Shown piece after piece: positions 13,320 to 21,463 of a DNA stretch of 32,000 nt. This DNA comes from Phycisphaera mikurensis NBRC 102666. GTDB taxonomy: Bacteria; Planctomycetota; Phycisphaerae; Phycisphaerales; Phycisphaeraceae. The stretch lies in contig NC_017080.1 of NCBI RefSeq assembly GCF_000284115.1, positions 3,570,001 through 3,602,000 on the forward strand. Direction: 5' to 3'. Position numbers and translations under genes: made by a program. How positions within the stretch are numbered: position 1 is the first letter of the stretch; every line of letters begins with the position of its first letter. The notes beneath the pieces are model-generated. The model was not told where the DNA came from. It was given only the letters and a program-made list of their open reading frames with translations, and did not search any database.

Positions 13320-14099
13320 TCAGGCCGCGGCGTGGCGGCGGCGACGCAGCACGCCGCCGGCGAGCAGGGCCAGGCCGCCCAGGGCCGCCGAGGGCGTCGG
13401 CACCGCGTTGGCCGTCACCTGGGCGATCACCGCCGAGCCGCCCAGCGAGATCCGAACCTCGTCGAAGCTGGCCACGCCCAGCTGCGCCGCGGTGATCGGG
13501 GCGATCTGGTTGGCCGAGCGGTCGCCGAAGGCGATCGTGGCGTCGAACACGCCCGAGCCGTCGTCGGTGACGAAGCTGGCGAAGTCGAAGGAGCCCACGT
13601 CCACGCCGTCGCTGAGGAAGTCGATGAAGAAGCCGGTGTTGGTCTCGAACTCCTCGGGGCCCTCCACGTCGACGATCGTGAAACCGAAGCTGTCCAGGGG
13701 GGTGGCGAACTCCAGGTTGATCGTGCCGGCGGGACGACGCTTCTCCAGCGGGGTCTCGATCGGCGTGGGCAGCACGCCGAAGCCGGTGAGCACGCCCTCG
13801 GGGCCGCGGAGCGCCAGGCCCTGGCCGAGGTCGCGGCCGGTGGCGTTGCCCGAGGTGAAGGGGGCCTGCTGGCCGGCGAAGTCGAACTGCGGGTAGCCGT
13901 TGAAGTCCCAGGCGAAGACCTCTTCGGGCGAGTCGGCGTAGGGGCTGGAGGCCGAGACGCTCAGGCCGTCGATCTGGTTGGTGACGGTGGTGCCGGTGGC
14001 GATGCCGTTGAAGTCGATGACCGTGGCGGCGGAGGCCCCGGCGGAGATCGCGGCGGTGGCGGCGGCGGCGGTGAGGAGCTTGGCGGTGGGAGCGTTCAT
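13320..14099 (-). CDS. PEP-CTERM sorting-domain secreted protein
   Basis: N-terminal signal peptide MNAPTAKLLTAAAATAAISAGASAA. The C-terminus VPTPSAALGGLALLAGGVLRRRR has the PEP-CTERM architecture: a (V)PxP motif, a hydrophobic helix and an Arg cluster. Confidence 0.85.
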   Translation of the reverse strand: MNAPTAKLLTAAAATAAISAGASAATVIDFNGIATGTTVTNQIDGLSVSASSPYADSPEEVFAWDFNGYPQFDFAGQQAPFTSGNATGRDLGQGLALRGPEGVLTGFGVLPTPIETPLEKRRPAGTINLEFATPLDSFGFTIVDVEGPEEFETNTGFFIDFLSDGVDVGSFDFASFVTDDGSGVFDATIAFGDRSANQIAPITAAQLGVASFDEVRISLGGSAVIAQVTANAVPTPSAALGGLALLAGGVLRRRRHAAA

Positions 14100-14297
14100 G
14101 GGGAGAAGCCTCGGGCTTGGGGGCGGCGACGGGGACGCGACGCCGCGTTCCTCGTGGGGAAGAGCCTGAGGCGTCCCGCGCGGCGGGCCAGCCGCCGAGG
14201 CGGGAAATCTCGCGGGCGGGGCCCGTCCGCCGCCTTCTGTGCCGCCCGCGCGGGACGTGGCGATCGTGACGCCCCCGCCCCGGGCTCCACCCCGGGA

Positions 14298-15089
14298 TCA
14301 AGCCCCGGCGAGGACGTCCTGCAGCTCCGCCACACGGCGGACGGTCCGGTCGGGGGTGATGCCCGACCGCGGGCCCGCCTCCGGCAGGCCCTCCCCTCGC
14401 CAGTCGACCCAGACGCCCACGAGTCCCAGCTCCTGCGCGGCCCGAACCTCCCAGCCGAGGTGGTCCCCGACGCACCACGCCCCGGCGGGGTCGACGCCGC
14501 CGCAGGCCCGCAGCGCCGCCGCGAAGACCCGCGGGTCGGGCTTGCCGTAACCCAGCTCGCCCTCGATGAAAACGCCCTCGAAAAGCGGAGCGAGCCCGAA
14601 GCGCGTGACCTTCTCCCGCTGGGCCGCCGCGTCGCCGTTGGTGATCAGCGCCAGCTTGATGCCGGCGGCCCGGAAGGCCCGCAGCGTGCCGAGGGCCCCG
14701 GGGAAGAAGCGCATCGACCGCACCCGGTGGGCGGCGTAGTGCCCGGCGAAGCGTTCCGCCAGGCCACGGGCGTTCCCGCCGTCGTGGCCGAGCTCGCGGA
14801 GGCCCCGCAGCGTCACCTCCACCCGCGACCGCTGCACGTCCAGCCGGCCCAGGCGGTTGCGCTCGGGGTCCGACCAGTACCAGCGGCGGGCGGCGTCGAG
14901 CACGGGCCCGAACTCCGCGACCGGCCGGCCGATCTCGCCGGCGAATGCCTCGGCGGTCTGCCGCCAGACGCGGGTGGCGGAGTCGCTGGTGTCCAGCAGC
15001 GTGTCGTCGAGGTCGAATAGCACGGCCCGCGGGCGTTGGAGGACCGGCTTTTCCGGTGCAACTGCTCGCGGCGGGCGGGGGCGGTCCAC
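14298..15089 (-). CDS. HAD-superfamily hydrolase (subfamily IA-like)
   Basis: Motif I LFDLDDTLLDT, motif II LITNG, motif III GKPDP, motif IV VGDHLGWEV. Confidence 0.85.
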   Translation of the reverse strand: MDRPRPPRAVAPEKPVLQRPRAVLFDLDDTLLDTSDSATRVWRQTAEAFAGEIGRPVAEFGPVLDAARRWYWSDPERNRLGRLDVQRSRVEVTLRGLRELGHDGGNARGLAERFAGHYAAHRVRSMRFFPGALGTLRAFRAAGIKLALITNGDAAAQREKVTRFGLAPLFEGVFIEGELGYGKPDPRVFAAALRACGGVDPAGAWCVGDHLGWEVRAAQELGLVGVWVDWRGEGLPEAGPRSGITPDRTVRRVAELQDVLAGA

Positions 15090-15142
15090 GCCCGCACGCT
15101 ACCGGTTCAAGGGCCCGGGCCCGCGGCCCGATCCCGTGGGGC

Positions 15143-16624
15143 ATGGCCCAATCCCCTCCGCCGGACGCGCCCGAACCCGAACCCGCCGCGGGGGAGGCCC
15201 GGGCGGCTCTAGCGCAGGTGCGGGCCGAGCGCGACGCCTTGCAGGATCGCTGCGACCGGCTGCAGGCGGCGCTGGACGCCGCTTGCGACGGCGTCTGGGA
15301 CGCCGACCTGGTCAGCGGCCGCGTCCGCTTCTCCGCCGGCTGGGGGCGGATGCTGGGCTTCGAGCCCGGGGAGCTGGAGCCCACGGTGTCGCAGGTGATG
15401 GCGCTCACGCACCCCGACGACCGCGACCGCGTCGAACGCACCTTCCACCACCACCTCGCGGCGGCCAACGACGCCGGCTACCGGCTCGCTTTCCGGCTGG
15501 TGCACCGCAGGGGCCACCCGGTCGAGGTGGTCTCCCGCGGGCGGGCGCTGCGTGACGCGGCGGGGCGGCCGGTCCGCTTCATCGGCACCCACGCCGACGT
15601 CACGCAGGCGGTCCGCGAGGCGGAGGCGCTGCGGGCGGACCGTGCCGCCGCCGAGGCGGCCCGCCGCGCCGCGGAGCGCGTCGCCGCGCAGGTCGTCGGC
15701 GAAGCCCGCGGAGCGCTCGACCGCCTGGACGCCGCGGACGGCGGGGCGGACGGGAGGCGAACGCCCGCGGTCCGCGACGCCCTGGCGGGAGCCGCCGCGA
15801 CGCTCGACGACGCCGAAACGCTCTTGAAGCTCCGCACCCGGCCGCCGCGGCCGCGGCGGGCCGCGTTGGACCTCGACGAGCTGATGGCGGAGGTGGAGGC
15901 CGACGCTGCGGCGCGTGCCGGGGCCGGGGGCGCGGCGGTGACCTGCCGCCGGCTCGGCGGCGCGGCCGGATGCTGCGTCAGCGACCGCGGGCTGCTCGCG
16001 GAGGCGCTCGGTCGGCTGATCCGGCACGCGATCCAGACGCGGCCCGGGGCCGCGGTTCATCTCGTCGCGGAGCCGGGCGAGGCCCGCGGCACCGACCACC
16101 GCGAGGAGGCGATCGCGTTCCGCGTGACCGGCGGCGCCGGCGGCGACGGCGGCCTGCACCTGGCGCTCGCGGAGCGGCTGATCACGCTGCTCGGCGGGAC
16201 GCTGCGGCACCGCGAAGAGCCCGAGACCGGCCCCGCCGGCGACGCCCGGCCCGCCGGCTGGAGCCACGGCTTCACCCTCCGGTTCCCGGCCGCCGCCGCC
16301 ACCCCCGCTCCGTCCGGGAGCTCCAGGCAGCGCGGGCCTGCCGACGGGCAGGCCGCCGCCGAAGCCGCCGCGGGCTTCGCCGCCGAGGCCGCCTGGGAGG
16401 CCGCCGCCCGGGTCGCGGTTGCCACCGAGGCGGTGGCGCCCGATCCGCCCGGGCCGCATCCGCCCAGCCCGGCGGCGCTCGTCGAGCGGGAGGTGCTCGC
16501 GCTGCACGCGGCCGGCGAGCTCTCCGCGGCGGCCCACCGGATCGAGCACGCCCGACGCAGCGCCGAGTCGGCGCTCCACGCGGCGGCGGCGACCCGGGCA
16601 CGCCCCGCCGAGCGGCCGGGCTGA
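15143..16624 (+). CDS. PAS-domain protein with a degenerate histidine-kinase-like C-terminal region
   Basis: I prefer ATG 15143 (MAQSPPP...) because the track start at 14945 overlaps the HAD gene. A coiled-coil is followed by a PAS fold (GVWDADLVSGRVRFSAGWGRMLGFEPGEL...THPDDRDRV...YRLAFRLVHRRGHPVEVVSRGRALRDAAGRPVRFIGTHADVTQ). A DHp/HATPase-like region follows that lacks canonical H-box and N-box residues. Confidence 0.7.
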   Translation: MAQSPPPDAPEPEPAAGEARAALAQVRAERDALQDRCDRLQAALDAACDGVWDADLVSGRVRFSAGWGRMLGFEPGELEPTVSQVMALTHPDDRDRVERTFHHHLAAANDAGYRLAFRLVHRRGHPVEVVSRGRALRDAAGRPVRFIGTHADVTQAVREAEALRADRAAAEAARRAAERVAAQVVGEARGALDRLDAADGGADGRRTPAVRDALAGAAATLDDAETLLKLRTRPPRPRRAALDLDELMAEVEADAAARAGAGGAAVTCRRLGGAAGCCVSDRGLLAEALGRLIRHAIQTRPGAAVHLVAEPGEARGTDHREEAIAFRVTGGAGGDGGLHLALAERLITLLGGTLRHREEPETGPAGDARPAGWSHGFTLRFPAAAATPAPSGSSRQRGPADGQAAAEAAAGFAAEAAWEAAARVAVATEAVAPDPPGPHPPSPAALVEREVLALHAAGELSAAAHRIEHARRSAESALHAAAATRARPAERPG

Positions 16625-16639
16625 TCCGCCCCCCGGTCC

Positions 16640-17143
16640 TCACCGCCCGGTGGCGAGGCGGCGGCCGGCGCACAGCGCGATCGCGATGGCGTCGGCGACG
16701 TCCGGCGGCTCCGGCGGCGCGGCGAGGCCCAGCTGCGACTGCACCGCCCGCTGCACCTGCCCCTTGCTGGCGTGACCGCCGCCGGTGAGGCTCTTCTTCA
16801 CGGCGGTCGCGGTGAGCTGGCCGACCGGCAGGCCCGCGGCCGCCAGCTCCAGGAGGATCACGCCGCGGGCGTGGCCCATGAGGATGGCCGTCCGGGGGTG
16901 CTTCACGTGGGCGAAGAGCGTCTCGACCGCCCCACGCCCGGGCCGCAGCTCGGCGATCACCTCCCGCACGTCGTCCCGCAGCTGCACGAGCCTGCGCTCG
17001 ACGGACGCGTCCGCGTCGAGCCGGATCACGCCGGCTTCGACCAGCGCCGGGTCCCAACGCCCCGGCGCCGCCTCCACCACGGCGTAGCCCGTGAGGCGCA
17101 GGCCCGGGTCGATGCCCAGGATGCGGACGGCGTCCGCGGTCAA
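16640..17143 (-). CDS. ruvC: Crossover junction endodeoxyribonuclease RuvC
   Basis: RILGIDPGLRLTGYAVVE...ETLFAHVKHPRTAILMGHARGVILLELAAAGLPVGQLTATAVKKSLTGGGHASKGQVQRAV...PPDVADAIAIALC. I prefer the TTG start at 17143 (MTADAVRILGIDPG). The longer track ORF (to 17833) overlaps the sugar transferase gene in another frame. Confidence 0.9.
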   Translation of the reverse strand: MTADAVRILGIDPGLRLTGYAVVEAAPGRWDPALVEAGVIRLDADASVERRLVQLRDDVREVIAELRPGRGAVETLFAHVKHPRTAILMGHARGVILLELAAAGLPVGQLTATAVKKSLTGGGHASKGQVQRAVQSQLGLAAPPEPPDVADAIAIALCAGRRLATGR

Positions 17144-17718
17144 TAGGCACCCCTTCCGGTCGCGACGGCGCGGAAGGTGCGGAGCAGGATCCACGCATCC
17201 AACCGCCACGAGCGGTTCCGCGCGTAGCGGGTGTCCAGCCGCGCCTTCGCCTCGTAAGGCAGGTCGCTGCGTCCGCTCACCTGCCACAGGCCGGTCAAGC
17301 CCGGCGTGACCCGGCAGTAGCGGGCGAACGCCCGGCCGTAGTCGCCCCGCTCCGCCACCGGCAGCGGCCGCGGCCCGACCAGCGACATCTCCCCGACGAA
17401 GACGTTCCAAAGCTGCGGCAGCTCGTCGAGCGACGCCCGGCGCAGCCACCGCCCCACCGGCGTCACCCGCGGGTCGCGCCGCAGCTTGTGGGCGTACGAC
17501 CACTCGGGATCGGCGACGGGATCCAGCGGCGCCGCGGCCGCCATCGTGCGGAACTTCAAGAGCACGAAACGCCGGCCGCCGCGGGTGTAGCGGTGCTGAG
17601 CGAAGAGCACCGGGCCCGGCGAGGTGAGCCCGACGGCGAGCGCGATCGCCACCGCGACGGGCATCCACAGCGGGGCGGTGCCGACGACCGCGAGCAGGTC
17701 GAAGGCCCGCTTGCCCAC
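17140..17718 (-). CDS. Undecaprenyl-phosphate sugar phosphotransferase (Bac_transf family, EpsL/WcaJ C-terminal type)
   Basis: This is the C-terminal part of the 905-aa track ORF. From the GTG start at 17718 it reads MGKRAFDLLAVVGTAPLWMPVAVAIALAVGLTSPGPVLFAQHRYTRGGRRFVLLKFRTM...DPRVTPVGRWLRRASLDELPQLWNVFVGEMSLVGPRP...TPGLTGLWQVSGRS. The stop TGA overlaps the ruvC TTG start (TTGA). Confidence 0.85.
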   Translation of the reverse strand: MGKRAFDLLAVVGTAPLWMPVAVAIALAVGLTSPGPVLFAQHRYTRGGRRFVLLKFRTMAAAAPLDPVADPEWSYAHKLRRDPRVTPVGRWLRRASLDELPQLWNVFVGEMSLVGPRPLPVAERGDYGRAFARYCRVTPGLTGLWQVSGRSDLPYEAKARLDTRYARNRSWRLDAWILLRTFRAVATGRGAY

Positions 17719-17795
17719 CGGCGTGCGGGCGACGCGGGAGCGCGAGCGGCGGCGTGCCTGCGCCCGCGCCGCGGCGTGTGGAAGCGCCGCGGCCG

Positions 17796-18935
17796 TCACC
17801 GCCGCGGCTCCCAAGCGGGCGGGCCGTGCGCAAGGTCTTCGGCCCGCGCGTCCTCCACGAATCCGCGGACAGCGGCCCGGAAACGCTCCGGAGCGAAGCG
17901 GTCCGCGGCTGCGACCAGCCCCGCCGGGTCGAGCGAGACGCCCTCGCGTTCGAAGCGATCCAGCGCCGCCGCGACGCGGCCCGGCGTCGCCTCCTCGAAG
18001 AACACGCCGCTCCGTCCCTCTTCCAGCGACTCGGTCGCGCCGCCGCGACGCAGCGCGACCACCGGCGTGCCGGCGGCGAGCGCCTCGACGGGGACGAGGC
18101 CGAAGTCTTCCTCCGCCGCGAAGATCAACGCCCGGCACCCGCCGACCAGCGCCGCCGCCGCGTCGTCGCTCGCGTCGGTGATGAAGCGGGTGGAGGGGTC
18201 GGCGGCGGCGCGGAGCCGGGCCAGCTCCGGGCCCTCGCCGATCACCGTCAGCCGGCGGTGCGAGCGGCGGAAGGCCTCCACCACCGCCATCGTGTTCTTG
18301 TACGGCACCAGCCGGCCGAGCACCACGTAGCCCTCGCGCCCCCCGGCCGGCCGCGGCGGGCCGCCGTGCAGCGGCCGCACCGGCGGGTGGATGACGGTCG
18401 AGCCGCGGCGATAGGCCTTCGCGATCCGCCGCGCCACCGTGCGCGAGTTCGCGATGAAGTGATCCACACGCTGCGCCGCCGCATGGTCCCAGCGTCGGAA
18501 GCGCGACAGCGTCCAGCGTTTCAGCGGCGCGGGCCGGCGTGGCGGCACGTGCTCGGGGTAGAGGTCCCACGCGTACCGGGCGGGGCTGTGGGTGTAGCTC
18601 ACGTGCGTCTGGTCGGCCCGGGTCAGCACCCCGTGGGCCGCCGCGTGGTGCGAGCTGACGACCGCGTCGTAGCCACGCAGGTCGTGCTGCTCCACCGCCA
18701 GCGGCCACAGCGGCAGCGTCGCCCGGTGCCGGCCCAAGAGCCCGGGAGCTCCAAGCACCCTCTGCACGAAGCTCGGCCGCAGGTCGCGCCCCCGCAGCGG
18801 GCTCTGGGCCACCACGGCCGGGTCGTAGGCCGTGCAGTAGATCGGCGCCTCGGGCCACAGGGACGCGAGCTCGGCCAGAACCCGCTCGGACCCGTGCCAG
18901 CCGGCGATGCACTCGTGGACCAGGGCGACGCGGAT
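17796..18935 (-). CDS. Glycosyltransferase family 4 (GT-B, group 1); the N-terminus extends upstream of the track start and has a non-canonical ATC at the expected Met position
   Basis: The C-terminal EALAAGTPVVALRRGGATESLEEGRSGVFFEE is the GT4 EX7E region. Upstream of the track GTG (18815) the same frame reads IRVALVHECIAGWHGSERVLAELASLWPEAPIYCTAYDPAV, matching the usual M-R-[IV]-A-L-V-H-[DE] N-terminus of this GT4 subfamily. There is no ATG, GTG or TTG in frame between the stop at 19041..19043 and 18815. Confidence 0.75.
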   Translation of the reverse strand: MRVALVHECIAGWHGSERVLAELASLWPEAPIYCTAYDPAVVAQSPLRGRDLRPSFVQRVLGAPGLLGRHRATLPLWPLAVEQHDLRGYDAVVSSHHAAAHGVLTRADQTHVSYTHSPARYAWDLYPEHVPPRRPAPLKRWTLSRFRRWDHAAAQRVDHFIANSRTVARRIAKAYRRGSTVIHPPVRPLHGGPPRPAGGREGYVVLGRLVPYKNTMAVVEAFRRSHRRLTVIGEGPELARLRAAADPSTRFITDASDDAAAALVGGCRALIFAAEEDFGLVPVEALAAGTPVVALRRGGATESLEEGRSGVFFEEATPGRVAAALDRFEREGVSLDPAGLVAAADRFAPERFRAAVRGFVEDARAEDLAHGPPAWEPRR

Positions 18936-19009
18936 CCGCCCAGCGTAGGAGCGGGCCGGGGTATCGTTCCGCGTTGAGCTCCCCCGCCACCCGCTCCCCA
19001 GGAGCCTCC

Positions 19010-19741
19010 ATGAAACCCCACGCCGGCAGCACCTCCGACTTCATCCGCGGCCTCGGCTCGGTCCTGCTCGGAACGATCGGAAGCCGCCGCGGCGAGGGGG
19101 CGGAGGCGGCGTTGCTGGGTGTAGACGACGCCGTCGCCGCCGCGTACGAGATCCTCGGGCGGGCCAAGGGAGAACGCCGCACCGTCTTCGCCCTGGGCAA
19201 CGGCGGCTCGCAGGTCGTCGCGCAGCACGTGGAGATGGACCTGGCCAACCGGGCCCGCATGCGTGCCCGGTCGTTCAGCTCGACACCAGTCGTCACCGCC
19301 CTGTGCAACGACCACTGCCACGAGGAGGCGTACGAGCGGCTGCTCGGGACCCAGGCGGACCGCGGCGACGTCCTGCTCGCGATCTCGTCCTCGGGCGTCA
19401 GCCGCAACATCCTCGCGGCCGCAAGATCCGGCCGGAGGATGGGGATGCGGGTGATCACCTTCAGCGGCTTCGATGCCGACAACCCGCTTCGGACCGCCGG
19501 CGACCTGAACCTTTGGGTTGATTCCCACGAGTACGGCCTCGTCGAGCTTGCGCACGAGACCCTCGTCCACCGCCTCTCGGACCTCTGCGTCGCCGCGGAG
19601 GAAGCCGAGCAGGCGGCCGGAGCGGCGGCCGAGGCCAACGCCCGCGTTGCAGAAGCGCACGCCGCGGGGTCGCACGCCGCGGGGACGCAAGCGATCCTCG
19701 GCGCCGGAGCCCGGCTCAACGGCCACGCCGCCCGCGGCTGA
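19010..19741 (+). CDS. SIS-domain protein, phosphoheptose isomerase (GmhA)-like, with an Ala-rich C-terminal tail
   Basis: ATG 19010 is preceded by AGGAG with 5-nt spacing. VFALGNGGSQVVAQHVEMDL, NDHCHEEAY, GDVLLAISSSGVSRNILAAA, VITFSGFD and VELAHETLVH follow the GmhA motif order. The last 50 or so aa (AAEEAEQAAGAAAEANARVAEAHAAGSHAAG...) are low complexity. Confidence 0.7.
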   Translation: MKPHAGSTSDFIRGLGSVLLGTIGSRRGEGAEAALLGVDDAVAAAYEILGRAKGERRTVFALGNGGSQVVAQHVEMDLANRARMRARSFSSTPVVTALCNDHCHEEAYERLLGTQADRGDVLLAISSSGVSRNILAAARSGRRMGMRVITFSGFDADNPLRTAGDLNLWVDSHEYGLVELAHETLVHRLSDLCVAAEEAEQAAGAAAEANARVAEAHAAGSHAAGTQAILGAGARLNGHAARG

Positions 19742-19830
19742 CCACGCCGCGTCCGCATCAGGGAGCGGCCGCCCCCCGCTCCGCCTGGCGCAGAGGCACA
19801 AGCGAGCCCGCGGACCCGCCCGACCTTCCA

Positions 19831-19916
19831 TACCCGAGAGAGGATTCGAACCTCCAAGAGATTTTACTCTCACCGCGACCTCAACGCGGCGCGTCTGCCA
19901 GTTCCGCCACTCGGGT
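19831..19916 (-). tRNA. tRNA-Leu (anticodon GAG), class II with long variable arm; CCA not encoded
   Basis: The minus strand reads ACCCGAG-TG-GCG-GAACTGGCAGA-CGC-G-CCGCG-TTGAGGT-CGCGG-TGAGAGTAAAATCTCTT-GGAGG-TTCGAAT-CCTCT-CTCGGGT-A. It has a 7-bp acceptor stem, a 3-bp D stem, a 5-bp anticodon stem with loop TT-GAG-GT, a GAGA/TCTC variable-arm stem and the GGTTCGAAT T-loop. Confidence 0.9.
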
Positions 19917-19994
19917 GGTGTGGGGCCGCCAACGATAGCAAGAGGCGCTGCCGCCGCAAGCACGGTGACACCCGCCCGGCCGTACCTTCCCGGG

Positions 19995-21356
19995 ATGCCG
20001 GAAACGCCCGCCCTCACCGTCGCCAAGTTCGGCGGAACGTCGCTGGCCGACGCCGACGCCATCCGCCGCTGCGTGGAGATCGTCCGGGCCGACCCCGCCC
20101 GGCGCGTGGTCGTCCCCTCGGCGCCCGGCAAGCGGCACGGGGACGACCCCAAGGTCACCGACCTGCTCTACCTCTGCCACGACCACGCCGAGCGGGGCTT
20201 GCCTTTCGCGGCGGTCTTTGAGCGGATCCGCGAACGCTTCCGCGGGATCTCCGCCGGGCTGGACCTCGGCGCCGCCTTCGCTGCCCGCCTCGGGGCGGCG
20301 TTGGACGCGGCCGAGGCGGGCATCCGCGAGCACGCCGGCCGCGGGCCGGACTTCGCCGCCAGCCGCGGCGAGGCGCTCAACGGCCTCGTGCTCGCGGAGG
20401 CCCTGGGCTTCGCCTGCGCCGACGCCGCGGGGGTGATCCGGTTCGCGCACGACGGCCGCCTCGACGCCGGCGAGACCCGCCGGCTCCTCCGGGAGGCCCG
20501 CGGGTCCGCGGGCGCCGGGTTGGTCGTGCCCGGCTTCTATGGCGCCGACGCCGGCGGGACCGTCAGGACCTTCAGCCGCGGCGGCTCCGACGTCACCGGC
20601 GCGGCGGTCGCGGCGGCGCTCGACGCGGCGGTGTACGAGAACTGGACCGACGTCTCGGGACTGCTCATGGCGGACCCGCGCGTCGTCGACGCCCCCCGCA
20701 GCATCGAGCGGGTGACCTACCGCGAGCTGCGGGAGCTTTCGTACATGGGTGCCACCGTGCTCCACCCCGAGGCGGTCTTCCCCGTTCGCGCCGCGGGAAT
20801 CCCGGTGAACATCCGCAACACGAGCGAACCGGCTCACCCCGGCACGCTGATCGTCTCCGCCGTGCCGCCGGGGGAGGAGCCCCCCGGCGCTCCCCCGATC
20901 ACCGGCGTCGCGGGGAAGCGCGGCTACACCGCGATCCAGCTGGAGAAGGCGCTCATGAACGAGGCGATCGGCTACGGCGAGCGGGTGCTCTCGGTGCTGC
21001 GACGCCACGGGGTTTCGTTCGAGCACGTGCCCTCGGGCATCGACACGCTCTCGGTGGTCGTGTCCGACGCCGAGGTCGACGGCAAGCTCGTGGCGCTCGT
21101 GGACGACCTGCAGCGTGAGCTCGAACCCGACGCCCTCGAGGTCGACACGGACCTGGCGCTGATCGCCACCGTCGGCCGCCGCATGCGAACCCGCCCCGGC
21201 ATGGCCGCGACGCTCTTCGGTGCGCTGGGCGCGGCGGGCGTGAACATCCGGATGATCGACCAGGGCTCCAGCGAGCTGAACATCATCGTCGGCGTCAACG
21301 AGAGCGACTTCGAGGCGGCCGTGCGGGCGATCTACGCGGCCTTCGTGATCGGCTAG
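19995..21356 (+). CDS. lysC: Aspartate kinase
   Basis: I prefer ATG 19995 (MPETPALTVAKFGGTSLADADAIRR...) because the track start at 19518 runs across the tRNA. KFGGTS, FSRGGSDVTGA, YENWTDVSGLLMADPRVV and YRELRELSYMGATVLHPEA are followed by two ACT-like repeats (ALIATVGRRM...GVNIRMIDQGSSELNIIVGV). Confidence 0.9.
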   Translation: MPETPALTVAKFGGTSLADADAIRRCVEIVRADPARRVVVPSAPGKRHGDDPKVTDLLYLCHDHAERGLPFAAVFERIRERFRGISAGLDLGAAFAARLGAALDAAEAGIREHAGRGPDFAASRGEALNGLVLAEALGFACADAAGVIRFAHDGRLDAGETRRLLREARGSAGAGLVVPGFYGADAGGTVRTFSRGGSDVTGAAVAAALDAAVYENWTDVSGLLMADPRVVDAPRSIERVTYRELRELSYMGATVLHPEAVFPVRAAGIPVNIRNTSEPAHPGTLIVSAVPPGEEPPGAPPITGVAGKRGYTAIQLEKALMNEAIGYGERVLSVLRRHGVSFEHVPSGIDTLSVVVSDAEVDGKLVALVDDLQRELEPDALEVDTDLALIATVGRRMRTRPGMAATLFGALGAAGVNIRMIDQGSSELNIIVGVNESDFEAAVRAIYAAFVIG

Positions 21357-21463
21357 CAGGCCGCCGGCCGCGTCGGTGGAAGGATCCTTGATCCGCCGGA
21401 CCCCTTCCCCCGGAGGCGGCGACGGATCGGCCTGCCCGCTCCGCTCCGTACCGTCCCGCAGCG

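Noticed and set aside
19742-19994. tRNA-Leu(GAG) as a possible genomic-island integration site for the adjacent EPS genes.
   Set aside because: There is no integrase nearby, and I could not find a direct repeat of the tRNA 3' end (GGTTCGAATCCTCTCTCGGGTA) elsewhere in the window. The flanking genes (lysC, ruvC) are core housekeeping.
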